From Pseudomonadota bacterium (GTDB lineage Bacteria; Bdellovibrionota_G; JALEGL01; DATDPG01), in the NCBI GenBank assembly GCA_043804515.1, contig JAZDIZ010000085.1, forward strand, positions 1 through 39,891: DNA of 39,891 nt. The letters run 5' to 3'. Both the position numbers and the translations under genes were made by a program. The notes under the pieces were generated by a model. That model was not told the DNA's origin and ran no database searches. It saw only the letters and a program-made list of their open reading frames with translations. Positions 27,116-39,164 of the stretch are shown piece after piece; the stretch's first letter is position 1; each line of letters begins with the position of its first letter.

Positions 27116-30100
27116 CTACTTGCGTGTGGATGGGCTCAGCGATTGAAGGGGCCGTACGTTCACGACGCCTCCTTTGAACTCGGAAATCGCGAGCGCGGCG
27201 GCCCGGGCGCCTTGGACGGTGGTGAAATAGGGCACGCCCTTCTCCAGGGCGGACCGGCGGATGGAATACGAATCCGTGACCGACTGGCGTTTCTGCGTGG
27301 TGTTCATGACCAGGTCGATCCTCCGATCCAGGATCATGTCCACGATGTGCGGGCGGCCCTCCGCCACCTTGTTGACCTTCTCCGCCGGGATTTCCCGTTC
27401 GATCAAGTAACGCGCGGTCCCCCGCGTGGAGATGATCCGGAAACCGTTCCGACGCATCTGCCTGGCGATCTCCACCATCGTCTCCTTGTCCGCGTCCTTG
27501 ACGCTGATGAAAACAGTGCCCCGGTACGGGAGAACGTTTCCCGCCGCGAGCTGCGCTTTCCCGTACGCGATCTCCCACTTGGGATCGATCCCCATGACCT
27601 CCCCTGTGGATTTCATCTCGGGACCCAGCAGGGTGTCCGCCCGATTGAACTTGAGAAAAGGGAAAACCGGCGACTTGACCGCGTAGAACCCGGTGAGTCT
27701 TCGCGCCTCCAGTGCCGCCGGGTCCACCCGTTTTCGCCCCAGCATCACGCTGACGGCCTCCGACACCAATGGGATTCCGGTCGCCTTCGAGACGAAAGGA
27801 ACCGTCCGGGAAGCCCGGGGATTCACCTCCAGGACGTAGAGCCGGTCTTTTTGCAGTGCAAACTGGATATTGAACAGCCCCCTCACTCCGAGAGCCCGTG
27901 CGATCTTCTCCGTCTGCCCGCGGATCTGCTCCAGGACGGATGCGGTGAGCGAGAATGGCGGGAGAACACAGGAGCTGTCCCCGGAATGCACGCCGGCCTG
28001 CTCCACATGCTCCATGATCCCGGCCACGAACGTGTTCTCCCCGTCGCTTAAGGCGTCAACGTCGATCTCCACCGAGTTTTCCAGGTAGCGGTCGATCAGA
28101 ACCGGGTGTTCGGGGGAAGCCTTGACCGCCTGCTCGAGGTAGTTCTGGAGCTCCGGCTCACTCCACACGACCTCCATCGACCGGCCGCCCAGGACGTACG
28201 AGGGCCGGACCATGACAGGGAAGGAGAGGGTCTTGACGGCTTGACGGGCCTCCTCCCCGGAGCGGGCCACGAGGCTCTCCGGTTGAACGATATCCAGTTC
28301 GAGAAGGAACCCGCGAAAACGCTCCCGGTCCTCCGCGATGTCGATGCTCTCATGGGAGGTGCCCAGGATTCTCACGCCGGCCTCGTGCAGGGTCTTGGAC
28401 AGTTTGAGAGGTGTCTGTCCGCCGAACTGCAGAATCACGCCGTCCGGTTTTTCCCGCGCCAGGACGGCCAGGACGTCTTCCCGGGTCAGGGGTTCGAAAT
28501 AGAGGCGGTCGGAGATGTCGAAGTCGGTGGAGACCGTCTCCGGGTTGCAATTCACCATGAGGCTCTCCACGCCCTGTTCCCGGAGCGCGAAACTGGCGTG
28601 AACGCAGCAATAGTCGAACTCGATGCCCTGGCCGATCCGGTTGGGCCCGCTGCCCAGGATCAATACCTTCGGATTCGAGGTGGGCGGGGCCTCGTCCTCG
28701 GTCTCATAGGTGGAGTAGAGGTAGTTCGTTTTGGCCTCGAACTCTGCCGCACAGGTGTCCACGGTCTTGTACACCGGTGAGACGCCCGCAGCCAGGCGCA
28801 GCGCTTCCACCCGGAGCTCGTCCACGCCCAGAAGTTCCCCCAATCTGCGATCGGAAAAGCCGTGGCGCTTGAGATCCCTCCAATCGTCCGGGCCGAGTGT
28901 CTCGGCATCCCGCCCTTTTAGTCCCTCCTCCGTATCAACGAGGATCTTGAGCTGGTGGATGAACCAGGGATCGATCCCCGTGGCCTCCGAAACGGCCTCC
29001 ACCGTGGTCCCCCTTCGCAAGGCCTCCGCGACATAGAAGAAGGTCTCCGGCAACGGCTTACGCAGTCTCTCCAAGAAATCCGGGTCGGTCATCGGGTTGG
29101 CGCCGCTCATGCCCGGCAACGAACTTAAGAACCCGTAGTGGTCGATCTCGAGGGAGCGGATCGCTTTCTGGAACGACTCGCGAAACGTCCGCCCGATCGC
29201 CATCACCTCCCCCACCGCCTTCATCTGCGGGGAGAGCGTGCGGTCCGCCCCCCGGAATTTTCCGAAATCGAAGCGCGGCATCTTCGTCACCACGTAGTCG
29301 ATCGTGGGTTCGAACGAGGCCTTGGTCAGGCGGGTGATCTCGTTGGGAAGTTCATCCAACGTGTACCCTACGGCCAGCTTCGCCGCGATCCGTGCGATGG
29401 GATAGCCGGTGGCTTTGGAGGCCAGCGCCGAGCTGCGCGAAACCCTGGGGTTCATCTCGATCACGAAGACCTGCCCGTGCTCGGGGTTCACGGCGAACTG
29501 GATGTTGGAGCCCCCGGAATCCACGCCGATCTCACGCATGATGGCGATCGAGTGATCCCGGAGTCGTTGGTATTCCACGTCCGTGAGTGTCTGCGCGGGG
29601 GCGACCGCGATGCTGTCCCCCGTGTGTACACCGACCGGCTCGAAGTTCTCGATCGTGCAGATCACCACCACGTTGTCGTGGCGGTCCCTCATCATCTCCA
29701 GTTCGAACTCCTTCCAGCCCAGAATCGACTGTTCCACCAGCGCTTCCCCGACCGGGCTCAACTCGAGACCTTTCCGGATCAGCCCTTCATACTCCTCGGA
29801 GTTGTAGGCCACGCTGGCGCCGCTGCCTCCGAGTGTGAACGAAGGCCGGATAATAGCGGGGAGCCCCACAAGTTCCAGCGCCGCGACCGCCTCCTCCCGG
29901 GACCGGACGTAACGACTCTTGGGCGTCGGGACGCCGATGCGGGCCATGGCCGTCTTGAAGCTCTCGCGGTTTTCGGCCTTCTCGATGGCTTCCACCCGGG
30001 CGCCGATCAGCTCCACCTTGCAGGCCTCCAGAACCCCGTGAGCGTTGAGCGCCATTGCCAGATTGAGGGCCGTCTGCCCTCCCATTGTGGGGAGAATCGC

Positions 30101-30352
30101 GTCCGGGCGTTCCTTTTCGACGATCTTGGTCAGTATCTCCGTCGTGAGCGGTTCCACGTACGTCGCATCGGCCAACCGCGGATCCGTCATGATCGTGGCG
30201 GGGTTGGAGTTGACCAGGATCAGGCGGTACCCCTCCTCGCGCAGAGCCTTGAGCGCCTGCGTACCGCTGTAGTCGAACTCACACGCCTGCCCGATCACGA
30301 TGGGACCCGACCCGAGGAGCAGGATCGATTCAAGGTCCGTGCGCTTGGGCAT
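27116..30352 (-). CDS. carB: carbamoyl-phosphate synthase large subunit
   Basis: MPKRTDL...[17 protein letters not shown]; two ATP-grasp halves; C-terminal MGS domain. Confidence 0.97.
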   Translation of the reverse strand: MPKRTDLESILLLGSGPIVIGQACEFDYSGTQALKALREEGYRLILVNSNPATIMTDPRLADATYVEPLTTEILTKIVEKERPDAILPTMGGQTALNLAMALNAHGVLEACKVELIGARVEAIEKAENRESFKTAMARIGVPTPKSRYVRSREEAVAALELVGLPAIIRPSFTLGGSGASVAYNSEEYEGLIRKGLELSPVGEALVEQSILGWKEFELEMMRDRHDNVVVICTIENFEPVGVHTGDSIAVAPAQTLTDVEYQRLRDHSIAIMREIGVDSGGSNIQFAVNPEHGQVFVIEMNPRVSRSSALASKATGYPIARIAAKLAVGYTLDELPNEITRLTKASFEPTIDYVVTKMPRFDFGKFRGADRTLSPQMKAVGEVMAIGRTFRESFQKAIRSLEIDHYGFLSSLPGMSGANPMTDPDFLERLRKPLPETFFYVAEALRRGTTVEAVSEATGIDPWFIHQLKILVDTEEGLKGRDAETLGPDDWRDLKRHGFSDRRLGELLGVDELRVEALRLAAGVSPVYKTVDTCAAEFEAKTNYLYSTYETEDEAPPTSNPKVLILGSGPNRIGQGIEFDYCCVHASFALREQGVESLMVNCNPETVSTDFDISDRLYFEPLTREDVLAVLAREKPDGVILQFGGQTPLKLSKTLHEAGVRILGTSHESIDIAEDRERFRGFLLELDIVQPESLVARSGEEARQAVKTLSFPVMVRPSYVLGGRSMEVVWSEPELQNYLEQAVKASPEHPVLIDRYLENSVEIDVDALSDGENTFVAGIMEHVEQAGVHSGDSSCVLPPFSLTASVLEQIRGQTEKIARALGVRGLFNIQFALQKDRLYVLEVNPRASRTVPFVSKATGIPLVSEAVSVMLGRKRVDPAALEARRLTGFYAVKSPVFPFLKFNRADTLLGPEMKSTGEVMGIDPKWEIAYGKAQLAAGNVLPYRGTVFISVKDADKETMVEIARQMRRNGFRIISTRGTARYLIEREIPAEKVNKVAEGRPHIVDMILDRRIDLVMNTTQKRQSVTDSYSIRRSALEKGVPYFTTVQGARAAALAISEFKGGVVNVRPLQSLSPSTRK

Positions 30353-30419
30353 CAGGCCACCCCGCTTTGGTTCTTGCGGAGGTTGGCAACGGGCGGGACG
30401 CCCAAGTCGGGATAGGTGG

Positions 30420-31580
30420 TCACCTGGTCGAGAGCTTCCTGGTACACGAGAGGAACTCCTCAAAGAGGTAACTCGAGTCGTGGGGCCCCGGACTCGCTTC
30501 GGGATGGTACTGAACGGCCCGGATCCGGGCTTCCGGGAGTTCGAACCCCTCGACGGTCCCGTCCGAGAGATGAACATGCGTGATCCTCGCCTTGCCGAAA
30601 GGCCCCCCGTCCAGGCGCGCCAGGCTGTCGGCGTCCACGGCGAACCCGTGGTTCTGGGAGGTGATCTCGATCCGGCGCGTTTTTTCGTTGCGGACCGGAT
30701 GGTTGGCGCCGTGGTGGCCGAACTTGAGTTTGTAGGTTCGGGCTCCGAGGGCCAGCCCCAGAAGCTGGTGGCCCAGGCAGATACCGAACATCGGGAGCTT
30801 TCCGACCAACCTCAGGAGCGTTTTGGGCAGTTCCCGGACCGCATCGGGGTCCCCCGGTCCGTTGGAGATGAGCAGCGCGTGCGGTTCCAGGCGCAGGATC
30901 TCGGTTTCGGAGGCGGACGGCGGAACCACCGTCACCCGCGCTCCCCCGTCCACCAGCCGGCGGAGGATGTTCCACTTGACCCCGCAGTCGATAACCACGA
31001 CGTGTTCGCCCCCGTCCTCCCGGCAGAGGCGGGCGGAATCCTCCGCCCAGACCCTCGTCTGGGGGACCGCCACACGCGTCGCCAGGTCCAGCCCCGCCAT
31101 CGGCGGGGTTTCCTCGAGCCGCACCCGGAGGGCCTCAAGCCCCGTCCGCTCCGTCCCCAACGCCGCATGCATCGCACCTATCGAACGGATCCTGCGTGTG
31201 ACCGCCCGCGTGTCGATCCCGTCCAAGGCCACGATCTTCCGCTCTTTCAGGTACTCGCCCAGGCCCTGCGTGGCCCGCCAGTTGCTCATGCGCGCCGTGC
31301 ACTCGCGCATCACGAAGCCGGCCGCGAAAACGCCTCGGGACTCCACGTCCGTGTCGTTCACGCCGTAGTTTCCGATCAAAGGATACGTCATCACGACGAT
31401 CTGGCCGTCGTACGACGGGTCCGTGAGAATCTCCTGGTAACCCGTCATGGCCGTGTTGAAGACGAGTTCCCCTCCGGACACGCCGTCGAAACCGACCGAC
31501 CGACCGGTGTAGAGCGTGCCGTCTTCAAGCAGCAGGAAGCCCTTCTCGGACGCCGTATGAGGGGCGTGGGCCGTTGCCAC
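30420..31580 (-). CDS. carA: carbamoyl-phosphate synthase small subunit
   Basis: [47 protein letters not shown]. Confidence 0.97.
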   Translation of the reverse strand: MATAHAPHTASEKGFLLLEDGTLYTGRSVGFDGVSGGELVFNTAMTGYQEILTDPSYDGQIVVMTYPLIGNYGVNDTDVESRGVFAAGFVMRECTARMSNWRATQGLGEYLKERKIVALDGIDTRAVTRRIRSIGAMHAALGTERTGLEALRVRLEETPPMAGLDLATRVAVPQTRVWAEDSARLCREDGGEHVVVIDCGVKWNILRRLVDGGARVTVVPPSASETEILRLEPHALLISNGPGDPDAVRELPKTLLRLVGKLPMFGICLGHQLLGLALGARTYKLKFGHHGANHPVRNEKTRRIEITSQNHGFAVDADSLARLDGGPFGKARITHVHLSDGTVEGFELPEARIRAVQYHPEASPGPHDSSYLFEEFLSCTRKLSTR

Positions 31581-31647
31581 GGCGTGGATCGTACACTAAA
31601 CAACTCCGCCTTACAGGTGAGGGTTGTTTAGGCCGGCGCGAGCTGTT

Positions 31648-33183
31648 TCACTCCCACTCGATCGTGGCCGGGGGCTTGGAAGAGACGTCGTACACGACCC
31701 GGTTGATCCCCCGGACTTCGTTGGTGATGCGGCCGGAAATCCGGGCCAGAAGGTCAAAGGGAAGCCGCGCCCATTCGGCCGTCATCCCGTCCGAGCTTGT
31801 CACGGCCCGGAGCGCGCAAACGTTCTCGTACGTCCGCCCGTCCCCCATCACGCCCACCGAACGCACGGGAAGCAGAACCGCGAAAGCTTGCCAGACTTCG
31901 TGATAAAGCCCCGCGTTCCGGAGTTCTTCGATAAAGATCGCGTCGGCTTCTTGGAGGAGCCGGATGTGCTTCTCCGTCACGGCCCCGAGAATCCGAACCG
32001 CCAGCCCGGGTCCCGGAAAGGGGTGGCGGGAGATGAGGCTCTCGTCAAGGCCGAGTTCCCGGCCGACCTCGCGAACTTCGTCCTTGAAGAGTTCCCGAAA
32101 CGGCTCGATGAGTTCCAGGTTCATCTTCTCGGGGAGTCCCCCGACGTTGTGGTGGCTCTTGATCGTGGCCGAGGGACCCATGTGTGCCGCGGACTCGATG
32201 ACATCCGGATAGAGCGTTCCCTGGGCCAGAAACGCCGCTCCCCGGATCCTCCGCGCCTCCCGATCAAATACATCGATGAAAAGGCGGCCGATGATCTTCC
32301 GTTTCCTCTCGGGGTCCTCCACATCCTTGAGCGCGTCGAGAAATCTCACCGACGCGTTCACGACCCGCAGGTCGACACGAAAGTGCCGGCGGAGGCTTTC
32401 TTCAACGTTCTTCCGTTCATTTTTTCGAAGGAGCCCCGTATCCACGAAGATCGCGGTCAGGCGGCGGCCGAGCGCCTTGTGGAGCAGAAGCGCCAAGACC
32501 GAGGAATCCACGCCGCCCGAGACTGCGGCGAGGACGTGTTTTTTCCCCACGCGCTTTCGGATCGTTTCGATTTCCGCGGAGACGAAATGGTCCATCGTCC
32601 AATCCGGTTTCGCCTTGCAGATGCGGAAAAGAAAGTTCTCCAGAAGACGATTCCCGCACGCCGTGTGCGTGACCTCCGGGTGAAACTGCAAGCCGTAGAT
32701 CCGTTTTTTCCGGTGGCGGATTGCTGCAAACGGGGAGTCAAAGGAAGCCGCGATGGAGTCGAACCCTTCCGGCATCCTTTCGATCCGGTCGCCGTGACTC
32801 ATCCAGACGGAAACCCTCTCCTTCGAATCCTTCGCGACGCCTGAGAAAAGGTCGCTCAAGTCTGAAATCCGGATGTCAGCCCGACCGAATTCCCGGGAGG
32901 AGGCCTTCCCCACGCGCCCGCCCAACGTATGAGCCAGGAGCTGGGCACCGTAGCAGATTCCCAGAATCGGCACGGCCCAGTCCAGAATTTCACCGGGAAG
33001 GGCCGGGGCACCGCCGACGTAAACAGAGGCAGGCCCTCCGGAGAGGACGATGCCCTCCGTGCGTGCCTTTTCCGCGCCGAGTTCCGCATCGAAGCGTAGG
33101 ATTTTCGAGAAGACCTTTTTCTCCCGGATTCGCCGGGCGATGAGCTGGGTGGTTTGGGAGCCGTAATCGAGAATCAGGATCAC
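31648..33183 (-). CDS. guaA: GMP synthase (glutamine-hydrolysing)
   Basis: [46 protein letters not shown]. Confidence 0.97.
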   Translation of the reverse strand: MILILDYGSQTTQLIARRIREKKVFSKILRFDAELGAEKARTEGIVLSGGPASVYVGGAPALPGEILDWAVPILGICYGAQLLAHTLGGRVGKASSREFGRADIRISDLSDLFSGVAKDSKERVSVWMSHGDRIERMPEGFDSIAASFDSPFAAIRHRKKRIYGLQFHPEVTHTACGNRLLENFLFRICKAKPDWTMDHFVSAEIETIRKRVGKKHVLAAVSGGVDSSVLALLLHKALGRRLTAIFVDTGLLRKNERKNVEESLRRHFRVDLRVVNASVRFLDALKDVEDPERKRKIIGRLFIDVFDREARRIRGAAFLAQGTLYPDVIESAAHMGPSATIKSHHNVGGLPEKMNLELIEPFRELFKDEVREVGRELGLDESLISRHPFPGPGLAVRILGAVTEKHIRLLQEADAIFIEELRNAGLYHEVWQAFAVLLPVRSVGVMGDGRTYENVCALRAVTSSDGMTAEWARLPFDLLARISGRITNEVRGINRVVYDVSSKPPATIEWE

Positions 33184-33247
33184 GCGTTACGACTTTTTCC
33201 CGGACCGTTCGAGCAAGCAGGCACCGAATGTCTCGTAGGTCATGCCG

Positions 33248-34780
<1,533 letters not shown>

Positions 34781-34978
34781 CTAGAATATCATGTGCTCCT
34801 TTAACTCCTGAATTCAAGAACCCGACGTTTTCTTTCGAGAATTTCCAGGCCTTTTGTGAGGTCCTCATGGGAGATCAGGCGGCTACGTACCGCTTGGCTG
34901 CACAGGTCAATTGGCGGTATTTTGGTTCGAAGAAAAAAGGGTGTCTTGTATAGGCAAACCAGATCGAGAGGTGATCGC

Positions 34979-35761
34979 TTGAATCTCAAGAATCCGCTCC
35001 TCATGCTGTTCGTCTGTTCGCTTTTCGCCGGCTGCGGAGGCGAATGGAAGAAGCACCGGGCTACCGCATATAAGGATGCGGACGAGGCGATCTGCCGCAA
35101 CATCCCGGGTTGGCGGATGTCGTTTCCGATCCGGAACGGCGCTCCCAAGCAGGTCTATTTCGAGCGCTCGTACTGCCTTTTTCAGGTGGCGGTCGAGAAG
35201 CGGAAACGCGAACTCTGCCCGGATGTCAAAACGGCCCGCGTCCCGCTTTTGAACGGGACCTGGTTCTCGAAGGAGAACTGCGAACGCTGGGTGGATCAGG
35301 AGATCCTTGTGGATCAGTCGGCCACGATCGAGCCGGGGGAGCTGCACCGCTTCGTGGACGTGAACTTCGACAAGCTGGGAGGCGAACTGAGGATCTTCTT
35401 TCAGGCCGAAGGCACTCTGGACGCCTACTACGATATGCTGGTGCGTTGCACGGACCCGAAGGAAGGGGCGCAAACCATCTTTCAATCGCCGAACTACCAT
35501 CTGACGCCGGGGCTCGTGGCCAAATACCGAATCGAGATCGGCAAGGCCGCATCGGATTGGCTCCTTTCCCATCGGAAACCCGAGGTGAAGTGTGAAGCCA
35601 TACTGACGCCGACCGGATTGGATTCGGAACGGTGGGGCAGGGCCATGAGGCTTCAAAAGCCGAAAGATCTTGCGACGACATACGAATTTCGCCTGGCCGC
35701 GGCGAAAGAACCGAAACGACCCGCGGCGGGGAAAAAAGCCCGAACCCACACCAAGGAATAA
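34979..35761 (+). CDS. hypothetical lipoprotein
   Basis: GAGGTGA RBS, TTG start, signal peptide with lipobox FAG-C; spaced Cys residues. Confidence 0.6.
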   Translation: MNLKNPLLMLFVCSLFAGCGGEWKKHRATAYKDADEAICRNIPGWRMSFPIRNGAPKQVYFERSYCLFQVAVEKRKRELCPDVKTARVPLLNGTWFSKENCERWVDQEILVDQSATIEPGELHRFVDVNFDKLGGELRIFFQAEGTLDAYYDMLVRCTDPKEGAQTIFQSPNYHLTPGLVAKYRIEIGKAASDWLLSHRKPEVKCEAILTPTGLDSERWGRAMRLQKPKDLATTYEFRLAAAKEPKRPAAGKKARTHTKE

Positions 35762-35895
35762 AAGTCAGTAATTTCAACATGTTCAAACGACTTCGATCTC
35801 TTCCCGGAACTCCGGGTGGGTGATCCAAAAACCCGTCACGGGAAGATTCCAAAAGTCGCTGGAATGAACTAATAGTCCTCGCGGCCAGGCTCCTT

Positions 35896-37137
35896 ATGTC
35901 CGATCACATTCGCGCAAAGCAAAGTGGGGAAGGAATCGAGGCTCTCGCTCAGCGGAGCCCAAGGCCCTCATTTCCCGAGTCACCCGAATTCATAGTCCGG
36001 TCCAAGGTCGGAACCCTGAAACTCGTGGGCAAAGCCGAAATCGCACCCTGGGAAAAGTACTGCAATCGGATCAACTACTCGGCCTGCAATGAGGATTCCT
36101 TTTCGGAACTCAAAGCGTTGAAGCTCCGGCCGGAGGACCGCGTCCTATGCATCACGGCCGGCGGTGGTCGCGTCCTGAACCTTCTGCTGGATCGCCCGGC
36201 GGAAATCTGGGCGGTGGACATAAACCTCTGGCAGAGCCACCTCTTGGACCTCAAGATCGCGGCGCTGCGGATGCTGGACTACGACGAGTACGTCGCCTTC
36301 CTCGGCCTGAGTGCGGCAGGCGACCGGATGAAGACGTTCGAAACGATCACGCCGGTGCTTGCCGATTCAAGCAGGGAATTCTTCAGGCGCAGACCGGATT
36401 TGATCGAAAAGGGGATTCTCTTTCAAGGAAACCTCGAGCGGTTTTTCACGCTGACGGCCCGTCTCATGAGTGTTGTGTGGCGGCGCAATCGGAATAGGCT
36501 TTTCGATTTCGAGGATCTTGATGAACAGCACGGATTCCTTGCAAAAAAATGGTATTCCTGGCGTTGCCGATTCCTGGTCGAGACCCTTACCCGCAAGACG
36601 CTTTTCGATCTTTTCGCAGACGACCCGGGCGTGACGCGTTTCTTGCCGAAGGGGTTTCCGATTCACCGCAGGATCTATGAATCCATCGGCTCGTATCTGG
36701 ACAACAACCTGGCGCGGGACAATTCTTTGCTTTCGTTGATTTTCTTCCGCGGATACAAGTTCGAGAACGCCGCCCCGATCTATCTTCAGAAACGATATTT
36801 CGGGCAACTCAAAGAAGCGCTCAAGGAAACGCGGATCAAGATCATCACCGGCTTGATCGAGGAAGTCCTTGCGGAAGCCCCCGACGGGACATTTGACGCG
36901 TTCTCCTTTTCCGACATCGGCTCGTACATGACGGATGAAGTGTTCGGCAGACATCTGGATCAAGTCGCGCGGACCGCGCGGCCGGGGGCGCGGATTTGCG
37001 CCCGGCACTTCCTTCGCAATCGATTGCTGGCCGATCCGCAAGCCTGCAGGATCCGCCGGAACGAGGAACTCGAGTGTGAGTTGGCGCTTCGGGATCACGC
37101 GATGGTCCACCGGTTCCTGGTGGGGGAGATCCTTTGA
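35896..37137 (+). CDS. DUF3419 / BtaA-like SAM-dependent 3-amino-3-carboxypropyl transferase
   Basis: INYSACNED, VLCITAGGGRVLNLL, AVDINLWQSHLLDLKIAA, GILFQGNLE, FSFSDIGSYM, ARPGARI; start uncertain. Confidence 0.8.
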   Translation: MSDHIRAKQSGEGIEALAQRSPRPSFPESPEFIVRSKVGTLKLVGKAEIAPWEKYCNRINYSACNEDSFSELKALKLRPEDRVLCITAGGGRVLNLLLDRPAEIWAVDINLWQSHLLDLKIAALRMLDYDEYVAFLGLSAAGDRMKTFETITPVLADSSREFFRRRPDLIEKGILFQGNLERFFTLTARLMSVVWRRNRNRLFDFEDLDEQHGFLAKKWYSWRCRFLVETLTRKTLFDLFADDPGVTRFLPKGFPIHRRIYESIGSYLDNNLARDNSLLSLIFFRGYKFENAAPIYLQKRYFGQLKEALKETRIKIITGLIEEVLAEAPDGTFDAFSFSDIGSYMTDEVFGRHLDQVARTARPGARICARHFLRNRLLADPQACRIRRNEELECELALRDHAMVHRFLVGEIL

Positions 37138-37349
37138 GAGGCCTCGCGATCTTCCGGGAAGACCTCAAAAGAAACGCCCCGAAAACCCTGCTGCGCCTGT
37201 TTTGTGACTATATGACGTATGTCGGAATGGTGAGTTTCTGCTTGGGGCTCTGGCTTGTGCGAAGGCCGGTCGCGTTTCTCGAAGAAAAGAGCGGGCGGCC
37301 CGTGCGCGAAACACTGCTTTCGTGGATCGGCCGGGTCGCGAAGGCCTGA
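37134..37349 (+). CDS. small single-TM membrane protein
   Basis: TTGA overlap with the upstream stop; hydrophobic YVGMVSFCLGLWLV segment; fills the gap before psd. Confidence 0.5.
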   Translation: MRGLAIFREDLKRNAPKTLLRLFCDYMTYVGMVSFCLGLWLVRRPVAFLEEKSGRPVRETLLSWIGRVAKA

Positions 37350-37368
37350 ACGCGGGAAGGAAGAGTCG

Positions 37369-38019
37369 TTGGACCCGGTCTCGTTTCTGTTTTGGCGTTT
37401 TTATTACTTCTTCAGGGATCCGCTTCGCCGAATTCCGTCGGGCCGAGTCGTTGTCTCGCCGGCGGACGGATACGTCGTCTATGTAAGCGAAGTGGAAAAG
37501 GGAAGGGCGCCGTGCCCGTTTAAGGAGGGCGTCGGCCTGGACCTCGAAGAACTCGGCCAAGGAGGCGAAAGGTTTGAAGACGGAGGAACTCAGATCGGAA
37601 TCTACATGGCTCCGACGTCGGTTCACTTCAACCGTGCTCCCATCGGAGGAACGGTCGCGCACATCGTGGGAAGGCCGGCGAAAGGCGAGAACCGCTCGAT
37701 GGCCAAAACGCTGGCTCGCCTGATCTGGAAGATGCCGCCCTACGTGAAGGAGAGCCGATACGTCGCGGACAACGCCCGGAACAGCATCGTGATCGCGGGA
37801 GAGTTTCCGGTTCTTGTGGTTCAGATCGCCGACCGCTACGTGCGCGCGATCGACTGCTTTATCCAAGAGGGGGAACGGGTGGAAGCGGGGCAAAAAATCG
37901 GCATGATCCGAATGGGCTCGCAGTGTGATCTGTTCATTCCTCGCCGTTCCGCCGCTGCGGTCTTGTGCCGGCCGGGAGACAAGGTATTGGCCGGCGAGAC
38001 GATCCTGGCACGGTATTGA
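37369..38019 (+). CDS. psd: phosphatidylserine decarboxylase-family proenzyme (pyruvoyl)
   Basis: FFRDPLR, VVSPADG, IGIYM..TSVHFNRAP, VVQIA, IGMIRMGS (GS self-cleavage site), VLAGET; GGAAGG RBS before TTG 37369. Confidence 0.85.
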   Translation: MDPVSFLFWRFYYFFRDPLRRIPSGRVVVSPADGYVVYVSEVEKGRAPCPFKEGVGLDLEELGQGGERFEDGGTQIGIYMAPTSVHFNRAPIGGTVAHIVGRPAKGENRSMAKTLARLIWKMPPYVKESRYVADNARNSIVIAGEFPVLVVQIADRYVRAIDCFIQEGERVEAGQKIGMIRMGSQCDLFIPRRSAAAVLCRPGDKVLAGETILARY

Positions 38020-38081
38020 AAAGCCGGCGTCATCCGTTGCTGGACGTTCCGACCCGGCAAGCGTTAAAGTTCAAAAATTCC

Positions 38082-38525
38082 ATGCGTCGATTGATGCTCA
38101 TCCTCATTGCGTTGGGAATTCTGGGCACGGGAGCTGTCGGGTGCTCCGGAGATCCGGACGAAAAAGCCATCCGTGCGATCATAGAGGCCATGCGGACCTC
38201 CGCGGAAATGAAGCGATTCCCGGAGACGCTTATCCCGATCGCCCCGGAATATCGCGACAATTACAATCAAAGGAGAGATCAACTCCTGGATCGCCTGAAT
38301 CGGACGTTCGTTGAATACGATCGCCTGGTGATCAAAGCGCACGTCGAGAAGTTGGACCACACGGCGGCGATCGCCGTGGCTTTGATGAAACTCAAAATCA
38401 CAGGACTGGCGGGGAATCAACGAGAATTCGTGTTCGGTAATCCGTTGGCGGGAAAAAAGGTGGAGCTGGATTTCGAAAAGCGGCAGGGGCGTTGGTGGGT
38501 GACGGGGAGCGAGATCGAAAGGTGA
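38082..38525 (+). CDS. lipoprotein, probable NTF2/SnoaL-like fold
   Basis: MRR + hydrophobic stretch + AVG-C lipobox; ends ...FEKRQGRWWVTGSE. Confidence 0.65.
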   Translation: MRRLMLILIALGILGTGAVGCSGDPDEKAIRAIIEAMRTSAEMKRFPETLIPIAPEYRDNYNQRRDQLLDRLNRTFVEYDRLVIKAHVEKLDHTAAIAVALMKLKITGLAGNQREFVFGNPLAGKKVELDFEKRQGRWWVTGSEIER

Positions 38526-38549
38526 CCCGGTAGGAAAGGAGATCGTATC

Positions 38550-38993
38550 GTGGACTACAAATCGATGCTGGACGCGGCGATTGACGAAGCGAAAGCGGGG
38601 CTGAAGGAAGGCGGCATTCCGGTGGGCGCGGCGCTCTTTGATTCCAGGGGGAAGCTGCTGGGACGGGGGCGGAACCGGCGCGTTCAGGAAAGCGATCCGT
38701 CGAGCCACGGTGAAACCGACGCGTTTCGGAAGGCGGGAAGGCAGAAGACCTACCGGGACAAGGTATTGGCGACGACGCTTTCGCCCTGCTGGTATTGCAG
38801 CGGCCTGATCCGCCAATTCGGGATCGGCACGGTCGTGATCGGCGAGTCGATGAACTTCAGAGGGGGGGAAGATTGGCTCCGCGAGAACGGAGTCGAGATC
38901 GTCCAGATGAACTCGCAGGAATGCATCCGGATGATGGCGGACTTCATCGCCCGCCACCCCGAAATTTGGAACGAGGATATCGGGCAGGAATAG
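38550..38993 (+). CDS. Zn-dependent nucleoside/cytosine deaminase (FCY1-like)
   Basis: EGGIPVGAAL, GRNRRVQ, HGE, TTLSPCWYC, WNEDIG; AAGGAG RBS, GTG start. Confidence 0.9.
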   Translation: MDYKSMLDAAIDEAKAGLKEGGIPVGAALFDSRGKLLGRGRNRRVQESDPSSHGETDAFRKAGRQKTYRDKVLATTLSPCWYCSGLIRQFGIGTVVIGESMNFRGGEDWLRENGVEIVQMNSQECIRMMADFIARHPEIWNEDIGQE

Positions 38994-39164
38994 TTTTTCG
39001 AAAGATCCCTGACATGGATGCGGGCCGTCGGGTTGTGCACCCCCCCGGCTGCAAGTCTTCGCCGCGGGGACCCCCAACCCGCCGGCCAGGATCACTTGGT
39101 CAGAGCGCCGTCACGAGCTATCGCGCGAGTTCCTCCGGGTGGATTATGGTGTCGGGATACTACG

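Noticed and set aside
30353..30577. N-terminal extensions in the ORF track for carB (similarly purQ, purM, purD, purN, psd)
   Set aside because: They overlap upstream genes; conserved N-termini and stop/start overlaps point to the downstream starts used here
21697..32844. Long antisense ORFs (e.g. 21697-23013, 29138-30415, 30300-31631, 31624-32844)
   Set aside because: Shadow frames of well-conserved genes caused by high-GC codon bias; no recognisable motifs
34907..34918. 12-nt minus-strand match (ACCGCCAATTGA) to repeat copy C
   Set aside because: Flanks do not align with the repeat, and the match is too short to call a sixth copy
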